In this document: one piece after another, positions 29,437-37,280 of the stretch
Numbering within the stretch: position 1 is the first letter of the stretch
How the letters are laid out: each line of letters opens with the position of its first letter
From: an uncultured Bacteroidales bacterium
Lineage (GTDB): Bacteria > Bacteroidota > Bacteroidia > Bacteroidales > UBA932
DNA: 58,815 nucleotides
Reading direction: 5' to 3'
Assembly: GCA_900313275.1 (NCBI GenBank)
Contig: OMQO01000001.1
Coordinates: forward strand, 1 to 58,815
Notes under the pieces: model-generated
The model's input: only the letters and a program-made list of their open reading frames with translations
Database searches by the model: none
What the model was told of the DNA's origin: nothing
Position numbers and translations under genes: made by a program

Positions 29437-31317
29437 ATGAAAAGGTTCATTCTGATTCTTTTAGCTTTGGGCTGGTTGCTGAGCGTTGTTGATGCGTCAG
29501 CCCAAGGTATATTCCTTGAGACCGAGAATTTCCCTGTCAAGGGTGGCTGGCAGGTTGACCAGCAATTCATGGATCTCATGGGGTCGCCTTACCTGATAGC
29601 CCACGGAATGGGAAAACCTGTCGAGGATGCCTCGACAACAGTTGATATTCCGGAAGCGGGAGTGTACCATGTCTGGGTCCGCTCGTATAACTGGACATCT
29701 CCCTGGACCGCCGCCAATGGTCCTGGAGCGTTCAGGGTCAAGATTCAGGGAAAGCCGATGAAGGGCATACTAGGCAACGCTGGAAACAAGTGGGGCTGGC
29801 AGTACGCCGGGAATGTCAAGCTGAAGGCCGGGCCTTGCGCCCTTGCCCTCTCGGACCTGACAGGGTTCGACGGCCGTTGCGACGCGGTTTGGATCTGCCC
29901 CGACAGGGATGTGGTTCCGCCTGAAGATGTCGCTTCCCTCGAGGCGTTCCGCAGGCAGGTTGGCGCCCTTCCCGCAAAGCCTGATGACGGAGGTGATTAC
30001 GACTTCGTGGTGATCGGAGGTGGTATCGCCGGTATGTGCGCCGCTGTCTCCGCCGCCCGTTTCGGCTGCAAGGTCGCTCTGGTCAACGACCGTCCGATTC
30101 CCGGCGGCAACAATTCCTCGGAGATACGTGTTCATCTTGGGGCTTTCATCGAGCAGGATCCCTATCCGGCGCTCGGCCGTATGCTTCGTGAGTTCGGTCA
30201 TTCCAAGGGCGGCAACGCCCAGCCCGCCTCCAACTATGAGGATGACAAGAAGATAGCGTTCCTGGAGGGACAGGAAGGTCTGACGTATCTGCCTAATTAC
30301 AGGGCTGTGGCCGTCAATATGGACGGGTCCAAGATCGCTTCTGTAGTGATCCGCAACATCGAGTCAGGCCGGGAGGTTCTTCTTAAGGCTCCTGTCTTCG
30401 CCGATTGCACCGGTGACGCCAATCTCGGATTCATGGCCGGGGCGGACTGGATGATGGGCCGTGAGGGACGTGACGAATATGGCGAGTCCCTTGCTCCGGA
30501 GAAGGCTGACAAGATGACCATGGGATCATCTGTGCAGTGGTACAGCGTGGATGATGGTAAGAAGAGTTCGTTCCCTGAATTTGAATATGGAGTCAAGTTC
30601 ACTGAGGATAACTGCGAGAAGGTCAAGATGGGAGAATGGACCTGGGAGACGGGAATGAACCTGGACCAGATCTACGATTTCGAGAGGATCAGGGATTATG
30701 GCCTTCTTGTCGTCTATTCCAACTGGAGCTTCCTCAAGAACCATTATTCTAAGAAAGCTGAATATGCCAACCGTTCCCTCGGCTGGGTCGCCTATGTCTC
30801 AGGAAAGCGTGAGTCTCGCAGGCTCATGGGAGACTATGTCTTGAAGCAGGACGATGTGGATAAGCAGGTTTTCCATGAGGATGCCTCCTTTACTTTGACT
30901 TGGCATTTCGACCTTCACTTCCCGGATCCGGCCAACTCGGCCAACTTCCCCGGGAATGAGTTCAAAGCTGAGACCAAGCACAACCCGATCTATCCCTATG
31001 CCGCTCCGTACAGGTGTCTGTATTCCAGGAATATAGACAACCTGTTCATGGCTGGCCGGGACATCTCGACCACCCATGTCACGCTTGGTTCGACCAGGCT
31101 TATGCGCACGGGAGCGATGATGGGTGAGGTCGTCGGCATGGCCGCCAGTATCTGCAAGGACAAAGGCACTACCCCAAGAGGAGTCTATCAGCACTACCTT
31201 CCTGACCTTAAAGCCCTTATGCGCAAAGGTGCCGCCCGTACGGACATCGACCTGCCCGACAACCAGCACTTCAACACCGGCGGTCACCTCGACAAGCCCA
31301 AGGACATCACCTTTTAG
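29437..31317 (+). CDS. Secreted FAD-dependent oxidoreductase (FAD_oxidored-like)
   Basis: Signal peptide MKRFILILL, VVIGGGIAG, PGGNNSSEIR, ADCTGDA, RESRRL and YRCLYSRNIDNLFMAGR. Confidence 0.88.
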   Translation: MKRFILILLALGWLLSVVDASAQGIFLETENFPVKGGWQVDQQFMDLMGSPYLIAHGMGKPVEDASTTVDIPEAGVYHVWVRSYNWTSPWTAANGPGAFRVKIQGKPMKGILGNAGNKWGWQYAGNVKLKAGPCALALSDLTGFDGRCDAVWICPDRDVVPPEDVASLEAFRRQVGALPAKPDDGGDYDFVVIGGGIAGMCAAVSAARFGCKVALVNDRPIPGGNNSSEIRVHLGAFIEQDPYPALGRMLREFGHSKGGNAQPASNYEDDKKIAFLEGQEGLTYLPNYRAVAVNMDGSKIASVVIRNIESGREVLLKAPVFADCTGDANLGFMAGADWMMGREGRDEYGESLAPEKADKMTMGSSVQWYSVDDGKKSSFPEFEYGVKFTEDNCEKVKMGEWTWETGMNLDQIYDFERIRDYGLLVVYSNWSFLKNHYSKKAEYANRSLGWVAYVSGKRESRRLMGDYVLKQDDVDKQVFHEDASFTLTWHFDLHFPDPANSANFPGNEFKAETKHNPIYPYAAPYRCLYSRNIDNLFMAGRDISTTHVTLGSTRLMRTGAMMGEVVGMAASICKDKGTTPRGVYQHYLPDLKALMRKGAARTDIDLPDNQHFNTGGHLDKPKDITF

Positions 31318-31318
31318 A

Positions 31319-33451
31319 CTACTTAAATAGCATGGGGGCCATCTGGTAGAGGCAGCGGCGCCAGGTCAGGAACTCGTGGGCGGTGCCGTCGGACACGTAA
31401 CCCTTGGCGTTGAAGCCAGCCGCCTGCAAGTCGGAGACCGCCTTCATGACACGGTCGGGGCCCTCCTTGCTGCCACAGCCGATGAATATTCCCTTGACTT
31501 GTTCAGGTTTCTGGATTTCGTCCGGGAGGTATATTCCTCCACTCATAAGCCCATAGTAGGAGAATATTTCGGGACGCGCGAGAGTGATGTTGTGGGTCTC
31601 CATGCCACCCATCGACAACCCGGCCATCGCCCGGCTGTCTTTCTGCGCTATTGTGCGGAAGTTACTGTCAATAAATGGGATAAGTTCATCGCAGAGAACC
31701 GTTTGGAACGCTTCATAGTTGAACTTGCGCAACTCTCCGATCCGTACATCGTTGGTCATTCCGTATGTCATCACGATAATGAACGGTCGGACCTTGCCCT
31801 CGGCTAGCAGGTTGTCCATTATGAAGTTAGCGTGGCCCTGATTCAACCAGGCATACTCATTCTCTCCCCAACCATGCTGGAGGTAGAGGACAGGGTATCT
31901 GTTGTCTCCATTTTCATATCGCGGAGGAGTGTAAACGAAGGCCCTGCGCAGTTGGTTTGTGCTGTTTGACCAGAAGAGAATCTGCTGGACATTGCCGTGG
32001 GGAACATTCTTCACAGCATAGAAATCAGCGTCATGAGCCGGAATCTCGATGCCGCTTTCCCAGCGGGTTGAACCGTAGAAGATGTTGGTTCCCGGGTCAT
32101 TGACCTCTGAACCGTCGATTGTCAGATGGTAGTAGTGGAAACCTTCGTTCTCCGGTGCGGCTGTGGTTCCGGTCCAGTAGCCTTTCGAATCCTTGTGAAG
32201 GACAGTCCCGCCGGCTATGCTGGCAATCACGTATTTAGCTTCTGGCGCATAGATCTTGAAACGGGCGTAGCCCTGCGAGTTGACCATCGGATATTCCTGT
32301 CCGGGCTGGTTCAGCTCAGAAGGTTTGAAATCCTCCAGGATCTCGGCGTTATCTGCCTCGGGATTGAACCCCTTGACAGCGAGATAGGCTCTCTTTGGTT
32401 TGTAGTTGGAGTCGAACAACAAGGCATAATTGCCCTCTCCAAGCCATGAATCCTTGTCGGAGATATTCCAGAAAGTGACACAATCTATAACGTCCTTGTG
32501 CTTGCGGAACACCTTGAAAAGGTTGGCATATTGGTCCTGTTGAAGAATCTTCTCCCAATCGTTGATTTGCCCGGAGCCTTTGTTGAAACGGAGCCCTCCT
32601 CCCATGTCCTCGTTCACCCTGACATCTAACTCAGTTACCTGAATATGTTTTACAACCTTGGAATAGAGGCTGATAGCATCGTCAACTTCTTTCATTGAGG
32701 GGCCGAAGATGTTGTAATGGCCTTGCATTCCGATTCCGTCAATAGGAACTCCGGCGTCTTTCATCCGTTTGACAAGGTTGTAAATGCGTTGACTCTTAGC
32801 TGGTTCCGCCTCATTATAGTCATTGTAGAACAAAAGGGCGTCAGGGTCGGCCTCATGAGCATATTCAAAAGCTTTGTAGATGAATTCTTCTCCGGCGATC
32901 TTGTACATGGGCGAATCCCGGAGTTCCGGCCGTCCCGGAGCCACAGGGCTGTCAGCCACTGCTTCATTTACAACATCCCAGCAGAAAACCACGTCTTTAT
33001 AACGGCTCACGATTGCCTGTATGTGGTGCTTCATGTTGGCATAGAACTCCTCTTTTGAAAGTAGCTTGCCGTTCTCGTCCCGACACATCCAAGATCCTAT
33101 CTGATTGTGCCAGATCAAGGTATGGCCACGGAGCTTGATCCCGTTGCGCCTGCAGAAATTGGCGATCTTGTCGGCGTCCTCCCAATTGAACTCTCCCTTG
33201 CGGGGCTCTGTAGGCTGGGGTTTCATCGCGTTTTCCGCCGTGATGCTGTTGAATTCCCTTTTGATGAGGGCGATATGGCTAGGATTGGTGATATTTCTCA
33301 CATCGACGGAAGCGCCGATCATGAAGTAGTCTTTATAGGCGTCTTTAAGACCATCTTTTGGGGTGGGAATCTCCCTATTGCCTCTTTGGGCGTGGGAGGG
33401 AATGGCCAATAACAAAAGGGCGCAAATTCCGGCCAGGAATATTCTCTTCAT
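31319..33451 (-). CDS. Bifunctional GH10 endo-xylanase / CE1 esterase
   Basis: GH10 motifs ITAENAMKP, RGHTLIWH, WDVVNEA, GMQGH and VTELD. CE1 motifs YPVLYLQHG, AGLSMGG and HEFLTWR. The architecture resembles Prevotella Xyn10D-Fae1A. Confidence 0.93.
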   Translation of the reverse strand: MKRIFLAGICALLLLAIPSHAQRGNREIPTPKDGLKDAYKDYFMIGASVDVRNITNPSHIALIKREFNSITAENAMKPQPTEPRKGEFNWEDADKIANFCRRNGIKLRGHTLIWHNQIGSWMCRDENGKLLSKEEFYANMKHHIQAIVSRYKDVVFCWDVVNEAVADSPVAPGRPELRDSPMYKIAGEEFIYKAFEYAHEADPDALLFYNDYNEAEPAKSQRIYNLVKRMKDAGVPIDGIGMQGHYNIFGPSMKEVDDAISLYSKVVKHIQVTELDVRVNEDMGGGLRFNKGSGQINDWEKILQQDQYANLFKVFRKHKDVIDCVTFWNISDKDSWLGEGNYALLFDSNYKPKRAYLAVKGFNPEADNAEILEDFKPSELNQPGQEYPMVNSQGYARFKIYAPEAKYVIASIAGGTVLHKDSKGYWTGTTAAPENEGFHYYHLTIDGSEVNDPGTNIFYGSTRWESGIEIPAHDADFYAVKNVPHGNVQQILFWSNSTNQLRRAFVYTPPRYENGDNRYPVLYLQHGWGENEYAWLNQGHANFIMDNLLAEGKVRPFIIVMTYGMTNDVRIGELRKFNYEAFQTVLCDELIPFIDSNFRTIAQKDSRAMAGLSMGGMETHNITLARPEIFSYYGLMSGGIYLPDEIQKPEQVKGIFIGCGSKEGPDRVMKAVSDLQAAGFNAKGYVSDGTAHEFLTWRRCLYQMAPMLFK

Positions 33452-33474
33452 GGAAGCGGGTGTTTGTTGATGCA

Positions 33475-33501
33475 CAAAAATAGTTAAAATCATTATATTT
33501 G
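33475..33501. promoter_or_regulatory. Back-to-back TAnnTTTG (-7) boxes
   Basis: Minus-strand TATTTTTG at 33475-33482 and plus-strand TATATTTG at 33494-33501, within a 55-bp gap. Confidence 0.55.
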
Positions 33502-33506
33502 TTAAC

Positions 33507-35006
33507 ATGAAGAGAATGATAGCTATAGTGGTGGCGATTCTAGCCGCCATTGCCCTGCTTCCAGCGCAGACAAAGGTCATGTCCCATAGGGGATATTACG
33601 CCCATCCGGGCTCATTTGAGAACACTCTCACAAGTCTTCGAGGCGCCCAGGAATTGGGCGTTGAAGGAGTTGAGTTGGATGTCCATCTGACCACCGAGGA
33701 TTCCCTCGTGATCCTCCATGGTCCTAAGATTCCCGGATCCGATTATCCGGATGTCCAGAAACTGGATTTCAAGACTGTGCGTTCCTGCGTCCTGCCAAAC
33801 GGGGACAAGGTCCCAACCTTGAGGGAATATTTCACCCAAGCCAAGAAAACCACGGCGCTAATGCTGTTCCTGGAGCTTAAGGCTCATCCGACTCCAGAAA
33901 GGGAAACGACTCTGGCTGAGAAAGTTGTCGCTCTCTGTGATGCGATGAACATGTATGACCAGGTCACTTTCATCTCTTTCAGCGAGCATCTTTGCGATGA
34001 GATCCTAAGGCTCCGTCCCGGAACCCAAGTCATTCCCATCTCCAGCGGCAAGGCATTCAAAACAGAGGAGCTGATCCAAAAAGGTTATGCCGGAGTTTCC
34101 TACAACATGAGCGTTGTGATGAACCGGACCCACCTGCTTGACGAGGCGCATGAGGCTGGCCTTCAGACCGTTCTATGGCCCGTCAATAGTTATGACCTGG
34201 CCGACTTCGCCATGAGGCACCATGTCGATTATGTCAGCTCTGACGAGCCGCAGGCCATGCTGAACCTAATGTCGGCAATCAGGGAACTTCAGTGGAAGCA
34301 GACCAAGAAACTCATTGTCTTTGACCTTGATGGCACCCTGACGCAGCACAAACAGCCTCTCTCGGATGCGAATCGGGCCGTTCTCGACACCCTCAGGCAG
34401 CGTTATGAGATCATAATGGCCGGTGGCGGCAATTGCAAGAGGATTTACAATCAGATGGGAGAATATCCGATCACTATCCTCGGCAACTATGGTATGGAAG
34501 AGAGCCGGATGGTGGATGGCAAGTTCAAGATTGTGAGGGAAGAAACCAGTCCTGTGGATCGGAAGTTCTTCGAAAAGAAGACGGCGGAGCTGAGGAAGAA
34601 ATACGGCTACACCTCTTTTAAGGGCGATTCAAACGAATATCATCAATCCGGGATGGTCACCTTCGCCTTGCTGGGAACAAAAGCGGACTCGGCTGACAAA
34701 CTTGTTTTCGATCCGGACAAGGTCCGCCGCAGGGAGATGTTCCCTGAAGTCAGCGAGATATTCAAGGATTACTCGGTGTTCATCGGTGGAACAACATCAT
34801 TCGACATCACTCCGAAACAGTACAACAAGTATGATGCGGTTATGCGATATGCCGCCGAGAAGGGTTATGTGAAGGACCAGATCCTCTTTGTCGGGGATGA
34901 CTTCACGGATGGCGGAAACGACAGCCAGATCCGGCTCGGCGGAATGGATTACATCAGGATAGATGACTACACCCGTTTGCCCGAGAAACTCCATTTCCTA
35001 TTCTGA
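33507..35006 (+). CDS. GDPD (glycerophosphodiester phosphodiesterase) fused to a HAD-IIB/PMM-like domain
   Basis: Signal peptide. GDPD motifs SHRG, ENT, ELDVH, LELK and FISF; HAD motifs FDLDGTL, GGTTSFDI and FVGDDFTDGGND. Confidence 0.88.
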   Translation: MKRMIAIVVAILAAIALLPAQTKVMSHRGYYAHPGSFENTLTSLRGAQELGVEGVELDVHLTTEDSLVILHGPKIPGSDYPDVQKLDFKTVRSCVLPNGDKVPTLREYFTQAKKTTALMLFLELKAHPTPERETTLAEKVVALCDAMNMYDQVTFISFSEHLCDEILRLRPGTQVIPISSGKAFKTEELIQKGYAGVSYNMSVVMNRTHLLDEAHEAGLQTVLWPVNSYDLADFAMRHHVDYVSSDEPQAMLNLMSAIRELQWKQTKKLIVFDLDGTLTQHKQPLSDANRAVLDTLRQRYEIIMAGGGNCKRIYNQMGEYPITILGNYGMEESRMVDGKFKIVREETSPVDRKFFEKKTAELRKKYGYTSFKGDSNEYHQSGMVTFALLGTKADSADKLVFDPDKVRRREMFPEVSEIFKDYSVFIGGTTSFDITPKQYNKYDAVMRYAAEKGYVKDQILFVGDDFTDGGNDSQIRLGGMDYIRIDDYTRLPEKLHFLF

Positions 35007-35036
35007 TTCTGTTGGAAATAATTAATAGTCAAGGAT

Positions 35037-36131
35037 ATGCTAAAGAGATTCGGTTTTTTCTGCTTGTCTGCTTTATTGTTCTTTTCTTGTAGCGGCGGAG
35101 TTGATGTGGATCTTCCCATATCGGTTGCCCACAGGGGATGCTGGCTTAAGGACGGGGAAGAATTCTACATTAACGAGAACTGCCCCGCCGGCGTAAGGAT
35201 GGCGGCCCAATATGGCTATCCGGCCATCGAGTGCGATGTCAAATACACCCTTGACAGCGTGATGGTCATCATGCATGACGGCACGATCAACCGCACAATG
35301 CGAAACGCTTCGGATTATTCGAAGATTACCGAACCGGTGAAAGTTAAAGACTTGACTTTTGAGGAGTTACGCAGCAAATATGTCCTTGAGTCGACTGATC
35401 CTTCCCTGAGGGTTCCGATTCCTACCCTTCTTGAGGAACTTGAGGCTTGTAAGGAATATGGGATTATCCCGATGCTCCACAGCGCCGTTCCTGAATCCTA
35501 TAAGCTTGCCCATGAGATTCTAGGGGACAGTTTTATTGCGTTCGACGCTTCGCAAGCCGCTGTGAGTCAAGCCAGAAACTATTCATCATGCCTGATTCTG
35601 CTGGACCCGGGAAAGGATGATGCCCAGAGAACAATTGAGAGGCTGAAAGAGATTGGCGGGACATGCGGGATGAGCACCATGAACCACGGCATGCTTGACT
35701 CCGCCTACATCAAGACCGTCAAAGACGCTGGCTTTGATGTTCAGGCGTCCATATTCCCTGCCCCACACGAGCAAAGGGCTGTCTCCGATGGTGTGACTTT
35801 CCAACTTTCAGACTTTTGGTGGCGCCAGACCGATGGCAGGAAGCCAATCGACACTTTTAGGAAGATTTCGATGAGGCTGCCTGAGGGACAGTCTGTTACT
35901 TGGGATCCGGAAACTCCTGAATATGCGGCCGTTACCCTTGACATTGACTTTGAAGGGACAGTTGAAGTCACCCTCGCCGGACGGACCTATAAACTTACCC
36001 ATGCGCAGCCGGGCAAAGTTGAAGTCTTCGGTGCGAGGCTCTACAAGAAGACCCCGGGAGTCAAGGTCAGAGCCCTTGTCCACTCCCAGGTCAAGTCATT
36101 GAAAGTCCAACTTTTCGATTGCGGGAAGTGA
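35037..36131 (+). CDS. GDPD family lipoprotein
   Basis: Lipobox FFSC, VAHRG, ENC, IECDV, IMHDGTINRT and IPTL. Confidence 0.82.
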   Translation: MLKRFGFFCLSALLFFSCSGGVDVDLPISVAHRGCWLKDGEEFYINENCPAGVRMAAQYGYPAIECDVKYTLDSVMVIMHDGTINRTMRNASDYSKITEPVKVKDLTFEELRSKYVLESTDPSLRVPIPTLLEELEACKEYGIIPMLHSAVPESYKLAHEILGDSFIAFDASQAAVSQARNYSSCLILLDPGKDDAQRTIERLKEIGGTCGMSTMNHGMLDSAYIKTVKDAGFDVQASIFPAPHEQRAVSDGVTFQLSDFWWRQTDGRKPIDTFRKISMRLPEGQSVTWDPETPEYAAVTLDIDFEGTVEVTLAGRTYKLTHAQPGKVEVFGARLYKKTPGVKVRALVHSQVKSLKVQLFDCGK

Positions 36132-37270
36132 GACGCTGTCTGATGGTCTTTCCGCTGGTCTTGTGCCTCGCCATACCGGCAGCGGCACAAAACGACAGTT
36201 TCCCCAGGCGAATATTGAAAGAAGCGATTGACTTCGCCACCAGCCCGGACCGGAAACACGACTCCACTTATGTGACAAGGCCATCGCAACGTTGGTCTTT
36301 CTCTCTTGAGACTACATTGATCTCAACCGGAGCCTTTCTCAGCAGCGACATCAAACGGACGGATTACACCCATCCGGGTTCATCTCTAATCAACGGGAAT
36401 CTTGAGAACCGTCTCCAGCGGCATCTCCACAAGAAGATAGGAGGCTCGGTAGGCTTCGGAAGTCTCAGTCTATCATCTTCATTTGAGGTTGGAAGCAAGA
36501 ACCCGGGAAAGAACAGTTTCATGTCATTGGCCTTCAGGCAACCTTCGTTTGGAGGCAGGATACAGTATTTCAAGCTCCATGAATATGTCAACGGAACCCT
36601 TGTGACCGATGACATGGCATCTCCTGTTTCCTTCACTTCCAATTATCCAGGCACTATGCGCACACTCACGGTCGATGCGTACTATCTGGTCAATCATCGC
36701 GAATTCACTTACACAGCCGCTACCGATGGCAATTACATCCAGCACCGTTCCGCTGGCTCCTGGATAGCTATCGCGAAGTATATGCAAGGGGATATGTCAT
36801 TTGACCCCAAGGAAGAGTTCATGCTCTCATTCTCAAGCGGTTTGCGCAGGTACACATCCCAACAGGTGTGTTTGGGAGCGGGATATTCCTACAACTGGGT
36901 CCCTTTTTACCGGGTTTCGTCGGATGTCGTCTCCTCCAAAGGCTACAGGAACCTGACAATGTTCCTGTCGGTGATACCCATGGCATCGTTGTTTAACCAT
37001 GTCACCGCCTATTCAATCCGTCAGGATGGGGATTCTTCCGGTAAATCAAAAGTTGACGGAAGTATTGTGCCGGTTTTCACGGTAAGGGCCGGGGTGAACT
37101 TCTCTTGGGATCGCTTCGCTGTTGTGGCTACCGCTGGTTACAACAGGTTCGGATTCCGAGGGACACCTTTGTCGATCCTGGACGAGAATAAGAGTTTCAA
37201 AACCAGTATTGACTCTAGGGGTGTATTCGACGACCTGACCGCTAAGATGAGTATTATTGTACGACTTTGA
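36128..37270 (+). CDS. DUF4421-like putative outer-membrane beta-barrel protein
   Basis: Signal peptide, QHRSAGSW and GAGYSYNWV. The GTG start overlaps the upstream TGA. Confidence 0.65.
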   Translation: MRRCLMVFPLVLCLAIPAAAQNDSFPRRILKEAIDFATSPDRKHDSTYVTRPSQRWSFSLETTLISTGAFLSSDIKRTDYTHPGSSLINGNLENRLQRHLHKKIGGSVGFGSLSLSSSFEVGSKNPGKNSFMSLAFRQPSFGGRIQYFKLHEYVNGTLVTDDMASPVSFTSNYPGTMRTLTVDAYYLVNHREFTYTAATDGNYIQHRSAGSWIAIAKYMQGDMSFDPKEEFMLSFSSGLRRYTSQQVCLGAGYSYNWVPFYRVSSDVVSSKGYRNLTMFLSVIPMASLFNHVTAYSIRQDGDSSGKSKVDGSIVPVFTVRAGVNFSWDRFAVVATAGYNRFGFRGTPLSILDENKSFKTSIDSRGVFDDLTAKMSIIVRL

Positions 37271-37280
37271 ATTAACTGAT

